From NCBI RefSeq assembly GCF_009914755.1, contig NC_060934.1: a stretch of DNA of 64,000 nucleotides. One strand, given 5' to 3'. Below are positions 41,799 to 57,737 of the stretch, piece after piece (positions within the stretch are counted from its first letter, which is position 1; every line of letters starts with the position of its first letter). The notes under the pieces are model-generated. The model was given only the letters and a program-made list of their open reading frames with translations, did no database searches and was not told the DNA's origin. The position numbers and the translations under genes are program-made. The stretch comes from the human T2T-CHM13v2.0 reference genome, Homo sapiens.

Positions 41799-42132
41799 TA
41801 TAGGAAGGATAATACAACATGACAAAATGGAGTTGATCCCAGGAATGCAAGGTTGGCTTAACATTTGAAAATCAATGTGTTTCATGACATAGACAACTAA
41901 AAGGAAAAACGATAAGATCAATCAAGAAACTCACAAAAAAGTACTTGACAAAATCCAACATCCATTACTGATAGATGCTGTCAGCAAAGTAAGAACAGGA
42001 GAGAACTTCCTAAACCTGATCAAGCACATCTATGAAAAGCCTACAGCTAATGTCATTCTTAATGATGAAAGACTGAATTCATTCCCCTATCATCAGTAAT
42101 GAGACAGGATATCTGCTATTGGCACTACTATT

Positions 42133-42354
42133 CAGGCTTGTCCAACCTGCAGCCCACAGGCTGCATGCAGCCCAGGATGGCTCTGAATGTGGCCCAAAAC
42201 AAATTCATAAACTTTCTTAAAACATTATGAGATTCTTTTGTAATTTTTTTTAGCTCATCAACTATCCTGAGTGTTAGTGTATTTTATGTGTGGCCCAAGC
42301 CAATTCTTCTTGTTTCAGTGTGGCCCAGGGAAGCCAAAAGATTGGACACCTCTA
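42133..42354 (-). mobile_element. MER30 (hAT-Charlie MITE)
   Basis: CAGGCTTGTCCAACCTGCAGCCC...GTGGCCCAGGGAAGCCAAAAGATTGGACACC. Confidence 0.9.
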
Positions 42355-43212
42355 TACTAGAGGTTCTATCCAGGGTAGCAAGGCAAGAAAAAATAACTAA
42401 ATAATACAAGCCATTCAGATTAAAAAGGAAGAGGCAAAACTATCTTTTGTCATGGTTTATATGATCATCTATGTAGAAAACCCAATACATTCTACAGAAA
42501 ACTGCTAAGAGTAAGTGAGTTCTGCAAGGTTGCAGGATGAAAAATCAAAAAGACAAAAATCAATTGTATTTATATATAGTAGCAACAAACAACCAGAATT
42601 TAAACTAAAAAAGCATCATTTACAATAGTATCAAAATATATAAAATATTTAGGGGTAAATCTGACAAAAGATGTGCAAGATTCTTACACTGAAAACTGAA
42701 AAACATTGCTGAGATAAATAAGGAAGACTTAATAAATGGAGAGACATAGTGTGCTCATGGGTCAGAAGATTTGATGTTCTTAAGGTATTGATTGTCTCCA
42801 AATTCATCTCTAGATTAAATACAAACACAACCAAAACTCCCACAGGCTTTTTTTTTTTTGTAGAAACAAACAAGATAGTGCTAAAATTTGTATGAAAATG
42901 CAAAAGGCCTAGAATAGCCAAAGCAACTTTGAAAAATAGCAAAGTTGAAGGACTAACTATTCCAAGAGCTATTTTAAAGTTACAGTCATCAAGATAGTGT
43001 AGTATTGGCTTAAATTGACAAGTAGATCAATGCAATGGAATACAGAACAGATCCATGCATTTATGGCAACGAATTTTTTACAAATGCACAAAAGCAATTC
43101 AGTGAAAGAGGGACATCTGTACCCCCTCTCTGTGCACTGCCACACACACACTCAAAGAAACCCCACTTCCAATCTTACACCATATATAAACTTAACTTGA
43201 AATGGAGAAAGG

Positions 43213-43589
<377 letters not shown>

Positions 43590-44130
43590 TTAAAAACATT
43601 TGTGCTGCTAAAGACAATGTTAAGTGAATGAAAAGACAAGCCATAGACTTGAAGGAAATTATTTGCAAGGCATATAGCTGATAAGAAGTTTTATCCAGAT
43701 ATTTTCAGAACATATATGGAAACTCAAAATTCAATAACAAGGAAGCAACCCAAGTGTTAAAACTATCCCAAAATTTGAAGAGATACTTAATCAAAGATAT
43801 ACTTTTGAAGAATAAGCACATGAAAAGATGATCCGCCTACAGAAATACAAATTAAAACCACACTAACTTACTACTACATGCATATTACAATGTTTGAAAT
43901 TAAAAAGACTAACCACATCAAGGCTAGATTCTGAAGGAATTAGAATTATAGCACACTGCTGGTGGGAATATAAAATGTCACAAGCACATTGGAAAACAGC
44001 TTGGCAGTTTCTTTAAAAAATTAAACACACGCCTACCACATGACCTAGCCATTCTACTCCTAAATATGTACCCAAAGAAAGCATGTGTCCATATAAAACT
44101 TGTATGCAAATGTTCACAGCACTTTATTAT

Positions 44131-44569
44131 TATTACTGAAACACCAGGGGTTTGGTCTAGGCCCTGCTGCTCTCAGCACAGAAAGCCAATCACTGAGACA
44201 ATAAGTATTGCCAGGGAAGAAGGCTTTAATCAAGTGCTGCAGCCAAGGAGATGAGAGCTCAGTCTCAAATCCATCTCCCTGACCAGCTAAAACTCAGGGT
44301 TTATATAGCAGGGAAGAAATGAAACAATGTGTAGGAACACAGAAACTAGGGAGGGGCAAGGGAGCAATCACCATGAATGTGGGGTCCAGCATCTGATGTG
44401 AAGATCTGGTGAGTTTCAGTTCCTTGACACTTTTTTGAGAGGTCTCAGGGTCCTTTCCTGAGGAAGGAACTCAAATAAAACAAACATAAGTTTCAAGCTT
44501 TAAGACAAGAGGGGTCCATTTCTATGTTTATTTTAAAAAGCAGTCTATGGGACTATTAAGTCAGTTTCA
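44131..44569 (-). mobile_element. ERV1-class solo LTR (MER66-like, family tentative)
   Basis: TATTACTGAAACACCAGGGGTTTGGTCTAGG...CAGTTTCA, 439 bp long, with a 4-bp TSD TTAT (44127-44130, 44570-44573) typical of ERV1. Confidence 0.8.
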
Positions 44570-45370
44570 TTATTAATACACAAAATCTTGAAACCACCCG
44601 TTTCCATATGCAGGTGAATGGGTAAACAAATTGAGGCATCCAATGGATTACTACTGAGCAATAAAAAAGAATAAATTATTTTTTAAAAGAAAAGGAATGA
44701 ACTACTGATACACATGCAACATGAATGAAATTCAAAATAATTATGCTGTGTAAAAGACACTAAGCAAAAAAAGAATACGTACTGTATTATTCCACTTATG
44801 TAAAATTCTAGCAGATGTAAATAGATATGTAGTTACAAAAATCAGATCAGTGGCTGCCTGGGGCTGGTGGCACCTAGGGAAATGGAGGAGGAAAGAATCG
44901 CATAGTGGCATGAGGATTTGCTATCTTGACTGTGGTGATGAATTCACAGGCATATGCTTGTCAAAACTTATCAGATTTTACACTTGGAATATGTTCAATT
45001 ATTGTATGCCAGTTTTACCACAATTAAAAATATAAAGCACTTTGAATACTGTCAGAAAGATAGTAGGTGCTCAACAGATGCTAGCTACCATTATTGTTAC
45101 TTTTTCATCAAATGTTTTTTCCACTAGGTGGATAGCCTAGTTGCTCATTTTCTACTGATTTCACTTTTTTGTAGGAATACTTTAAACATGAAGACAATTA
45201 ATGAGTCACAGTTTTAAAATACCTCCTCCAGCCATTCCTTTGTTTTCTCACTTTGTCTTGGTGCCATGGATATGTTCAGACACCACATCAGTCTTTCCCA
45301 GGATGGTTTCTGGCTTTCAGGTCATACTTTAAAAAGGAGGAATTTGATTTTAAATATTTGGTCTTATCAC

Positions 45371-46130
45371 TTTTTGCCAGCTTTATGGAAATACGATTTA
45401 TGTATAATAAAATCTGCCCACTCTAATTGTTTAGTTGGATGACTTTCGACAATTTTATGCAGTCCTGTAACTACCTCTACATCTCCAGCAGCCCCAAAAG
45501 TTCTCTAATGTCTTTTTGCAGTCACACCTTCCCCCATCCCCATTCCTGGCAGCCACTTATCTGTTTTCTGACAATTTTCTTTCCTAGAATTTCATGTCAA
45601 TGAGCTCATATAAGTGATTATGCAACATGTGCTCTTTCCTATGGGTCTGGCCCCTGTCACTCCCCATAAGGTGTGGCGAGCCATCCACATTACTGCCTGC
45701 ATCAGGATTTCCTTCTTTTGACTGCTGAACAGCATTCCTGGCCTGGATGTAGGAGGAATTTGTTTATCCACTCACCTCTTGATGGATATCCAGTTGCTTT
45801 CAGTTTTGTTGGTTTTTAGTTTTGGTTTTTGTTTTAGTGAGATTTGGGGACTACTAGAAATAATGATGCTATGAACATCTGTGTACCAGGCATTTGTATG
45901 AACCTATGTTTTCATTTTCTTTGTTAAATATGTAAGAATAGGATTACTGGGCTCTGTATTTAACTTGATAAGACATTCCCAAGCCACTTTTCAATATGGC
46001 TGAGCCATTTGCCACTTCCGCCAGCCATATGTAAGCACTCTAGTTGCTCCATGTCTTTGTCAACACTTGGCACTGTCAGTTTTTACATTTGAGCCATTTC
46101 CTTGAATGGGTAATGGTTCTGTCTTATTGC
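45371..46130 (-). mobile_element. L1M (MB/ME-type) 3' end fragment
   Basis: CAGCTTTATGGAAATACGATTTATGTATAATAAAAT...TTTGTTTATCCACTCACC...GCTATGAACATCTGTGTAC...GTCAACACTTGG. Confidence 0.85.
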
Positions 46131-49100
46131 CTGTCAGAATTTATTTATGCTTAAAATACCCCAATCTGTATTAGCCTTCTTTCCTAAAATCAACATTTTA
46201 CTCCAAAAATTCCCTTTATACAATAATTAGATGGGTGAAGGCTTCCAAAGAGATGGCAGTTATAAAGTGATAACATGCCTTCTCACACAATCATCATGTT
46301 TTTAATGAAATATTTAGAATATATATTGATCTCTTATAATAAACCATAATTACTTGATTGGTTCTATCTAAGAAGGCAAATAAGGAATGTATCATTACCG
46401 AAAAGTATTTCAGGCATTTTATCTATAGGCTTTTGCTTGGGTAGTACCAAAATAAAGACAAGGGGGAAAAAGACGTCCAGGATAAAAGTTACACTTAATA
46501 CTTTAGTAACACACTATGTGGTACATTTTATTAAACTCAGATCCACGGCTGAGTCAGAAGGGAGTGTACATGAGGGGACCTTGGGGTCAGGTCATAGATC
46601 ATTAGAAGAGCAAAGAGCCCACACTCACTGCTCACATGGATCAGGCTGTCCAGGCCATTGTCTGTGTGTATTGGGATGGGGTGATGATAACATAATCCTC
46701 TATATGGAAATACGCATACACATACATGCACACATGCATGCAGGAATGAGTAATTGGATTTGGATTAGGATGGATTTGGGTATTAATTCGGTACTTAACT
46801 TCATTATATAGGTGCTTTATCAAACAAGGACATTTTATCAAATAGTATCACCAAAAGCCCATTTTACCAGGCCTTGCAGGCATGTTCACTGCCCTCCGGA
46901 TTCTCAGCAGGCTAACGTCGTGGCCTCCTTCAGCAGCCTCTCCTGCCTGTGCCGCTGGAAGTGACAACTTGGTGACAAGCCAGATGTGACGGCCTGGGTT
47001 TCTCTTCCTCGGCACACTCCAGCCGTGGCCTTAGGAGCAATTGCAGCGTCTAGACGGGGTCTGTATCCACACCAAGGCTGCATTCCCGGCCTCCTTCTTG
47101 TCTCCCTCTTTGGACTGTCAGCTCTACTGATCCACTTTCCACCTATATGGAAAAAAATTTCTCCAGTATTTGCTAAAAATATCCTTTCACATTCTTGACA
47201 TCAGAGAAAATTTCCAAAAGTGATTTGCATAATCAAGCACAGAGATTGGGGGCCATAATCGCAGTCCAAACTCATCCGCATGTTCATCCTTCCTGGAAAT
47301 ATCTTGGAATTCTTCATTTCGGTGAGTCTGTTTGGGGATGCTTGTGGCAGCAAAGGGGATGAGGGGCTTAGAAAGAAAGACACACACTGCACGGTGACCT
47401 TTATGTCTTGAAAAGGTGGCAGAAATATTCTGCCACAGGCCCCAAAACATGCACAATGAACTTCTTACTATTTTAACTCAAAAAACCCTGCAATTCCTTA
47501 CATGCTTCCTAAAATCGCATGCTTTTGTCTGAAGCCACACATCAGCAATATGCTTGTCTTGCCTACTTTAAGCATAATAGAAATCATATAAAGCCACGTG
47601 AACCTTGTTGTTTAGGTATCATTTCAGGTATGGTGGGCTTTTCTTCCCCGGACTGTGAACGTACATCCGTGTTCTCGTTTGAAGAGTTACAGTGGAGGCA
47701 GAGAAGACAAACCCTCCCCTCCCCTCTCTTTTCACTCCCACTAATTCTTCAGTTCACATCAACAAAACATATTAATAGGGGAGTCTTTTGCAACAACTAA
47801 CACCATGTATTTGGCTGCATGTTTTAGAAGACCTCCGAAAATACCTGCGAAAGAATGCCATTCCCTGAAAGAACCACCCGTGCACAATCAGCATAGAGGC
47901 ATTGTCTCCAGATCTGGGGGGAAATAGCTAAGATCTTGCCTTTTCCCAATGAGGCCCCCTATTAATATATACCTGTGCACATTTTTATCAGAGGAACTAA
48001 TAAGACGATAGTGAGGAAGCAAAGTTAGCTATTAGATAACAATTCTCCTGCCAAGAGCCATAATCTGACACAGATTGAGCTGGGCGTAGTAGTCCATTAA
48101 TGGTTCACGGCTCATACAATAATGACCTACTAACCTGACGTGGTGTTGCTTTCACATTCTGCTGTCCCCTGGGATGCTACTGTCACTGTGTTATCTATTG
48201 CCTGCTTCCCTATCAAAGAAAAAAGCAGAGCTGAAATGTATGTACGCATCCAGCCCTGTAGTTCATGGCACACCAACCCTAGCAACTGGAGGAACAATAG
48301 ATTTATAAGATTATCCTACATTAAGCCAAACATGCCTGACTGCACTGTAAATTACTAAATAATAAACCAGGTGGTGTAAGATCCTGACTTGGACAGAATA
48401 TAAAAATCTATCAACCTGTAAAATACAATAACCATAAATGTGCTGTGTAGCTGATGGCTCAGGTAAACCATCCACCTCTAGGATCCAAGGTTTCAGCAAG
48501 ACAATTGCAACAAAGGCATGCCGCATTTTACACTTGGCTTCCTTTTCTTTTGTGCTTCCTGTCGGCAGAGGAAAGATCGCTGAGTTAAAACACTTGGGTG
48601 TCTGTTTTGTTTGTTCAATGTCTTTGTTTGGAATTGGCCACTTCTCTCCTAATCGGCAATTGCTCCCGGGCTGTTGCCACGCAGTCTGGGGCTGGTGTCT
48701 TCCAAGATGACACCAGGTTACATAAAGATTGCTTCGGTGCCCAAACTTCACATTCAAATGAGCTTGAAACACTCCACGCTGCCTGGAGAAAGTGAAAAAC
48801 ACAGGAAAGATGCAACCTTCAGATGATATATACCTTTCTCTTGAGAAAAATATCATAAAACTTGGTTAACTCAGTAAAACCCTGTCCGGAATTCCACACT
48901 TCAGCGGTCGTTGCAGAAATAAAATGAAGATGAAGTAAATTCTGCTCGGTCTTTCCTTGCAGTCCCCTGCAAGAGAGATTCCATTTGTATGAATCTCAGG
49001 GAAAAAAAAATTAATTTGACTTCAGTGAGAGATTCCAAAATGATCCCATAAATTGTGATTCCAAAACATACAAAGCTAATTAATTCCTTTTTAGGAGATT

Positions 49101-50746
49101 TTCAATAAGCAAACCAGGTTAAGTTTATATGATTTACAAACAGTGTTTACATTCATAGAGGTGCAACTAATTGCTACATGGTTTGACATCATTACAGAAA
49201 AATGCTGGGGGATGCAGGCAGTTTAATTAGGGGTGGTTTCAAGTTCACTACGCGATTACCATCACAGAGCTTTTCTAATATGCTTATACAGTACAGTCAT
49301 GCTAAAAAGTGATTACATTTTGCCCGCCGCCTGCCTAAATTTTGAATGAAGAATTAGAATCTCTATATAAAAGGTTATGCTCATACAGTTTAGATTTCTT
49401 CTGAATCACCGTCACCGGCTTCTGCCCCTCAGACTTCATCTCCTCCTATTTTGCACATCAGCTATCTGGCGACTGTGTGCAAGCCTTTGTATCCATCACA
49501 AGACCTCCTTGGAGCATTTTCAAATGATGCTGAAAACCTTCACGCTTAGCAAGATGTTTTAGAAGCAGATTTTTACCATCTACGTAGTTCCAATACAACA
49601 CCAGCCGTTGTTTATAAATAATTTAGTTCCAAATTACAACTCACTTTCCATTTCAGTCAATAACAATTGTTTTGCCAGTTTTAATTTTTAAAGTTTCATC
49701 CTGTTAAGTTGCTGTCTTCTGCAATAAACTCAAGTTGCTAATGACAATGTCTCTTTGGAGGGCTAAGAACTGAGAGGAGGGTGGAACTCAGGGTATGACC
49801 TCTAGAACCCAAGACATCTGGATTTCAATGAGCCCTGTCACCACCACAAAATGACCAGGAGCTTGTATTACAAATATCAAGTTAACATCCTTAAGTAATA
49901 TATAACTAAGAACCAACCCTTTGGAATATTCTAGAATCCATGTGAATGTCCAAAAAAAATTCCCTAAGTCTCTCCTGTCCGAAAGAGGCTCACAATTTAG
50001 TCCTGGAGAGATGGCCGCTTGGCGGGAATCACTTCCTTTAAGGCTGAAAGGACAACAGGTTCAAACGGTGTGCGAAGATAATTTAAACTTCAAAAATACC
50101 ACTCCTTCATGCTTTTTATTTATTTTTTAATGCACATTTCTAAGTTTTGGCCGAAGTACTTGCAAAACACTTTATGTTCCACTGTTTTCTGTTCTGGATT
50201 CTGACGATTCTGTTTTGAAGGAAGAATAAATGAAATAAGATTCCCCAGAGCAAATGATTTTACAGTGCAAGTGACACCTCACAGAGGTACCCTGGCTTTT
50301 CACAGGAGTTTCAAAACACAGACATCAGAGGAAAAAAATGTTCAAGAAACCTCATATTGTTGGTGTCTGGACTTTAATGAAACAGACTCCTGCAGGTGAC
50401 CACTTCCCACAAGTTAGTGCCTTGGGGTGGAAGACACAAAAAAGTATAAAAAACACATTATGGCCATACAGTCTTGGTGCTTGGGCCACACAAGAAACAA
50501 AATTTCTCATGATACTTTAAGGGTAGTGGGATATCTGTGCTTTGGAGAGCTGATTTGACTCTTGAAGGAATAGCTTCACCTTTACCAACAGCAACTGCTA
50601 ATTTTTCTATTCAAAAGCAAATAACCAATTTCTAATTGACTTTAATTAACTTGAAGACAGCACCAAATTATTACATACATCTGTTAATAAACAAACGATA
50701 AATTCTGGATCTGAAATTGAAGTCACCACAAGTTTTAAAGCATTAA

Positions 50747-51173
<427 letters not shown>

Positions 51174-52714
51174 ATGTTGCCCCTGTCCATGGTACTCTCT
51201 CTCTAGCTGCCCCCTCTATGCTTTTCCTGTCACATCCCTGAAATGGATACATGAATGTCCCCACCTGAAACAAAGGTAAGCTCACGAACAGGTGTGTCAC
51301 CCCCACAGTGACTTTCCCAGATGGAGCCCTTTCCTTCCACAGGGAGGTGGACTTAGCTCTAACCATTGCCTGAGCCCACAGTGGAGACTGTGGTGATAAG
51401 CAATGCTCAGCCCCTGGCTCCAGCTCTGACTGTGAATTAAGCTAGACCATTGAGATGAGTGATGCCATGGATCGAGGGCATGGATCAGACAACTGATCAG
51501 GGCCCTGGCTGAAGTACTGGGTCCACATCCTCCGTTTCTTTCTACCTGATCATCACCAGAGGAATTCACTGTTTCCCCTTCTGTCTCTGATTCCGGTGAC
51601 TCTTCAGAACCAACCCAATACGTTGTTGCTTAATTCATTAATTCCATGGAAACTGACAGACGCCAAACACTGTACTCGAGCAAAGGTGAGTTGCAGGAGA
51701 CCAGCGCAAGTCTCTGTGAATGCACATCCTGCAAGACTGCCTAAACTAAAAGGATTACCACAATTGCCTAACAATTAGCAACTTCCAGCTCCTATAAAGC
51801 AGAGCCTTTTGCCATCCTCTGGCTTACAGAGCATTCACTCACTGTGGATTCAGAAGACTCTTCACATTCATGGGAGCATGTCCCGAGACCCTCACAAACT
51901 CCCATCCAGGGACACTGAGGTATATCATTATATCATGTCCAACAAGCTTACTGGCAGTCTACACACAATTGTAGAATGCTCTCCAAACTTCCACTGATGC
52001 TTAGCCCTCATCAGCAAGTAATTTCTGCCCTGGATGAAGCATTCACACCCACAGTTTCATAGGTCACTTCTTCTCATGACCGCATTGATTTTCCAGGGGA
52101 CCCATTCTGGTACTGGGTAGGGGCCACAACCCAGTATTTTGTTCTCCTCTTTCTCCAGAGTTCAATTTCCCAGATATGAATCACCATTTACTTTACTTTC
52201 TCTTTATTTCCAGCATTAACAAATAGCTTGTGGTGTGTGTAAGGTGGAAGGGAGGGGTAGCGAATACTTCATCATGAGAAAATGAGTTTGAGCCATTTTC
52301 TTGTCTCCTCTTGTCTATGAAGAGAAGAGGAGACCCACACAGCCACATCATAAACCTGCTGGGTGTTATCTGGGCTCATCGATTCAGTATTCACAGCATA
52401 CAGAATCCATTTTATGGCATACAAAATCTAAATATGTGGCTCAGCAAATTACAAATGACTATATGCCATGAGCCTTCTAGGTTACCTACAAGTAGCCAAA
52501 ACCACAGAGGTCAAATCACAAATTTCAGTTTATGCTGAATCAGGTCCCCAAACCAGTCCCATGGGCCACTAAAGCCACAAATGTTCAGTTGACTTAACAT
52601 GACAAAAAGGGTTCTAAGTTCATCTTCTTTTAATTGGGATATGACCCTAGTCTGTTAACATCAGGTACCACAAACCCCAGCTCAGGTGATGTGATTCCTA
52701 GACACTGAAATATA

Positions 52715-53050
52715 TTAAGAAGCTTTTGACTGCAAGTAACAGAAAACTCCAATCGAACTGGCTTAAACAACAGTGAAATTTATCTCACAACAAGACTTCC
52801 TGAAATAGCTTGGCAGCATACTGACTAGTTCAGCAACATAACCAAAGATCCAAGGTGTCATCTGCTATCCACAGATCCGCGCCTTTGCAGCCCATCTCGG
52901 TTATCCCATGCAGCCAGCAGGACACCCAGCCCAAAACGCACAGGTGCCTCCCTTGAGTCTGCTAACAATTCAGACCCCTCAAGGAGCCACTCAGCTTCTT
53001 ATGGCCAGAATCGTATGACGTGCCCTTGCCTAAAACCATCCCTAGCTTAG
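52715..53050 (-). mobile_element. Old MLT1-type MaLR LTR fragment
   Basis: TTTTGACTGCAAGTAACAGAAAACTCCAATCGAACTGGCTTAAACAAC resembles old MLT1 ends; later TTATGGCCAGAA. Extent uncertain. Confidence 0.55.
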
Positions 53051-54917
53051 ACAGGCCCTGCCGACTGAAATCCATGACATCCATGGAGTAGGTCCCAACT
53101 CCCATTTCGCAAGTGAAATTTGAGTCCAGATGTAAATATAAATATGAATATACACATGTCCACCTACTTATGTGTGCACTGAGCTGCAACGTAAGATGAA
53201 TTTCTCGTATCTGGTTGATGGTCCAGGTAGTATGAGAAGCACTGACTTAGACCAGTCCTGACCTAGACTTAGGGCAGAAGATGTAGCCTGACTTCCCTGA
53301 AGCACACAGCCATGTGTGACAGAAGGGAGGCCCGGACAAAGTGAGGTAGGGAAGAAAGCCACAGGAGCAGTAACGGGTAACAAGTAGCAAGTGAGGAAGA
53401 GAGTCTCTTGAATGGGGGAGATGCCTGTCACCTGTACAGAGATGCACATGGATTGGATTGAGAGCTAGGCTTTGCGGTGAACAGGGCAATTCCAGGTGCT
53501 AATAGAGCTGCCTGTGGGGCCACCTAGATTCTCTGCTGGCTGACATGGACACATTTCCAATGGACAGTGTGAAGCAGATAGAGCAGAGTGTGGATTACAG
53601 GCAAAGAAATGCACAGCTGAGTTCATTTAAAAACTAGAAGAAGCATCTACAAGGGCTTTTACCATCTGATGAACAACTAAGCACATCTTAGCCAACTACA
53701 TCGTTTATTTATTGATTTCCTATGATGTACTTTATGATACTGCTGAAATCATTATGTGGTTTTTAACGCAGTGTGACTCAGGAGACAGGCATGTTGAGGG
53801 CTGTCATCACCAAGATGCCTTCTGTCATTGCACCATCCTCTTAACCTGATGTAAGGAAATTCATATTTAGTGGAGAAGGAAATGACTTTGGGTATGTATC
53901 ATTCAAATCCTCAAGGATTATTGGCTAATTAGGAGCACAGTAATGTAAATTTGCCTTGTGTCAGGTTTTCAGGAACAGTAAAATAACATAATTAAGCAGT
54001 GAACAAAGCAGATCATTTAAGCCACTCTTCACTGAAAATGTATATGATGGCTAAATGTATGCATCAGCCTGGCAGCTGGGAAAAAAAATAGCCCACACTG
54101 CGGAGGCCAAAAATTGTTTCTAATCGCAGAAGAGAAATTGCATAGATTGACTTAAATATATTGCTATTTCTTACAGGAAGATTTGCATTGAAAATTCCCA
54201 TTCAATAATTAAATAATTCCCTTACTTAAAGGAAGCAAGAGTTGTTCCTTATGAAAAACATCAAACTGAATTGTATTAATATAAGCAAAGTAAATAGCCA
54301 AATAAAACTTGCTAGAAATGGAAACCCTAATAAAATAAGGAAACAAATCTTGAAGTGATACTTCCCAATTTTGACTTTTCTTTGGACTTGCAGCTACATA
54401 TGCAAAATTACACGTAAAAGTGCATAGCTTCAGCTAAAACGCTTGCCTCCAAATGGCCCAGTTAACTTGGATTTTTAAAATAGAAGCCTCTTGGTCAGGA
54501 TGCTGATGGACTGTCTCTGTGCATTGAAAAGAACGTATTCCCATCGTACCCAGAAACCTGAGAGAAGGTCATTGCGAGAACTCCAACACACCCTGAAAGA
54601 CTTGGAAGGGATTCCTGATCAAGGGAATGCATTTCTATTCCGTCATGCTTGCCACTGGAATGAGAAAGGGAGGTTTGACTTAGCCCAGCCAACCGTGGCA
54701 AAGAACTGCTGGTCCAGGGTGGGGTCTGGAGCAGGGAGGGCGGCCGGATTAACCCTCCACCATCTCATGAAGCAAAATTCTCTCCACTGCCTCCTCCCCC
54801 ACTGCTCCCACCCAGGGTTCCGAAACTGCAAGTCAATGTTGTGTTCCCCTCAGTGCTCCAGAAGTGGGGGTGACAAGAATAGAAACAGTGAAGAGAGTCG
54901 GCCTTTAGAAAGAAGGG

Positions 54918-55211
<294 letters not shown>

Positions 55212-56737
55212 AGAATGGGGGGAGAGTGAGAACATGGAGGAGGGAGTTGGCCGTGGGAGAAAGGACAAGGCTCAGATAGATAAGTTAAATAAAATTGTTT
55301 TCAAACTTGGTCTGCAAAAGTCAGTGAAAGCATCAATCAGCCAAATATTCACAAGTACTCAGGACTCTGCTTTTGATAAAATATTGGCCACAGTCATTTT
55401 GAGAATGCAGCCCGGAAAGCTACTGGTACTGCTTTGGTGCTTAAACAAAAAAAGAATCAGGAAAATCAAGTGCATCTTGATGTTAGCTAAGTTCCCCTTT
55501 TTCTTACAAACCAAGGCAAGGGCTGGAAAGTGGCAGCTCTTAGCTAAGTGAATGCGGGGTGCTGCCAGAGATCGGGCCCTACACGCTGATGGCCTGATTT
55601 ATAACTGCTGTTTTCTATTATAATTCAAGCACCTCCAGGGGCCTTTCCAAGACAAATAAATGATTACAAAGTGCTGTATTGTATCTCAAACCTTCTTTCC
55701 TCCCAAATCAAATTCAGTAGCTCTGCCTTGGGAACGTGTGCTCCAAATCGTGATCACTTTCTAAAGTTGTCCACTCATGGCTCTGTAATCAGCTCTCTTG
55801 GAGATGCAATTCTGCTGAGTATCACCTGATAGCTCTCCTTCAAAGAAATAACAAAGGGCCCTGTCGCAGGTCAGCAAGGCACTTGGGCAACTCATTCCTT
55901 CTTAGGTTCAATGCCTAACATCTTTGTGAGGCCATGATGAGGGTCACCCTTATGAACTCCAAAATGCGAAACAGCAGAAAATGCTCTTTGGGATGAACCA
56001 CTAACTCAACACTCTCCCAAATAAACAACATATGAGCCACAGGAATTTTATTCAAGAGGTAAATGTGAATCTTCCCTTAATGACTTTGAAAACCCAATTA
56101 AGGATTAACACGCTGCAGAGGTAACATGCAATAAATCCAACACTATACGATTTTTAAGATTTCAGATTGAGTGTCTCTTCTCTGGACCTTTTCTAACATA
56201 AATTTTGCCTTCGATATTTACCGTCCTTTGAAAAGTGGGTCACTATGTTCACCTGCCACTGTATGATCAGAAGAACTGAAGAAAACACTCATTAGGTTGA
56301 CAAAATATCCCATATATCCGTGTCAGTTAAAAGGGGAAAAAAATCACCAAGATCTTCCCTGTGCCACCTTTCAGGATTCCTGACATCTGTCATAAAACTC
56401 AGGCCATATGTCTTTTCCTTCCATTAAGGGGAGTCGCCACACAACCAGAGCTAAGGTCGTGTCAAAAAGAATTATTGACTTATAAGCATATCTTCCCCCA
56501 CCCTGCTAATGACTTCCACAAATATACCCACTGATCGTCTTTTTTTATGTGCTTTCCAGAAATTACTGGGAGACCCAGGGGGCCATTTGGGGGTTCTATG
56601 CTTAGGGATTTGACAGGTAATGTTAATGAGACTCACACCCATATTTATTTCAGGATTTATTTATTTAGAGTGGAGTGTTCTGGTCGCGTGAGCCTTGCTG
56701 AACTGGCAATGAGAGGAGAAGGGAGGAAGGAAGGAGA

Positions 56738-56815
56738 GGGACGGCGGGGGGGAGGGCCGAGGGATCGCAGTCTAGAAGGCCTCTATAAAGCAGCCTCCAA
56801 GAGCACCGTTTACTG
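56738..56815 (+). promoter_or_regulatory. Candidate core promoter: G-rich GC-box-like tract followed by a TATA box
   Basis: GGGACGGCGGGGGGGAGGGCCGAGGG (56738-56763), then TATAAAG at 56784-56790; several retained CpGs. Motif evidence only. Confidence 0.25.
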
Positions 56816-57737
56816 CCTCTTCTACAGGGACTGCATCCGTCTGCCCTCATATTGTCAGGTTGACAAGAGGAGAAAAAAAATTAACCAAAAGCCAAATCAA
56901 ATAAATGTGCAACTCATAAATTCTGCAGCTAAAAATTTACCCCTGAGGGATAGCAACAAGGCACCGTGGAAGGCTTCCCCCTCTCTTGCCCTCATAAAGA
57001 GGGATGAGGAGTGAGGCTTCTCTCTCCAGCTCCGAGAGGCCCCGTCCAGAAGCACAGCACCAGGCCGCCTGCCTGGTCCTAGCCTTGTTAACGAATTTAC
57101 TCCCCTCGTTGGTGGGCGTGAAGCTGCTCTCTTCCAAGGTGATGTCAGCTTCTCCAGGCCCCAACATGTTGCTAGGCAACACGTGCCTGGACCTGGCACC
57201 TGACCACTCCTTTGCTTCAGCTATGGGGGTGCGGGGGATGCTCGGGCACAGGATGCTGCGTGGACCGCAGATGGCTATGGAAGGAAGAGCAGGGGACCAT
57301 CGAATGACCAACATCCAAGCTCATCAAGCCACCTCCTTTTTGGACTCCAAGTATGTCATTCCCAGCAAAACTTGTTCGAAGGAACATCGTTCTTGCTCTC
57401 AAGTATTCAACCAAGAGCAAGGATAAGTCAGTCATTAGAAAAAGCTCATTTCTGCCTGCCACTGATTAAACTTTCCAGAAGCAGCAAGGTTTCAAGGTGA
57501 AAATGTTTATCAAACCATGTAAAGCAGCTGCGTCTGCGGCGTCGTTAAAGCTTGAGATCCACCCAGGATGTATTTTGGATGCATTCATGTTTGGGAACAT
57601 TCACCAGTACAACCAGGAGCCCCAGACAGAGGCCATCCATAAGAAAGACTTGGGGAATAGTGGACTACTTCATGCCACCCCAGTTGTCCAGGAGAATTAC
57701 ATTCTTATTTGGCAAAACTCAGAAAACGTTATCTACA

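Noticed and set aside
48165-48174. EBF-type palindrome TCCCCTGGGA (also TCCCCAGGGA at 2705-2714)
   Set aside because: About one TCCCNNGGGA match is expected by chance in 64 kb, so this is not evidence of EBF3 autoregulation.
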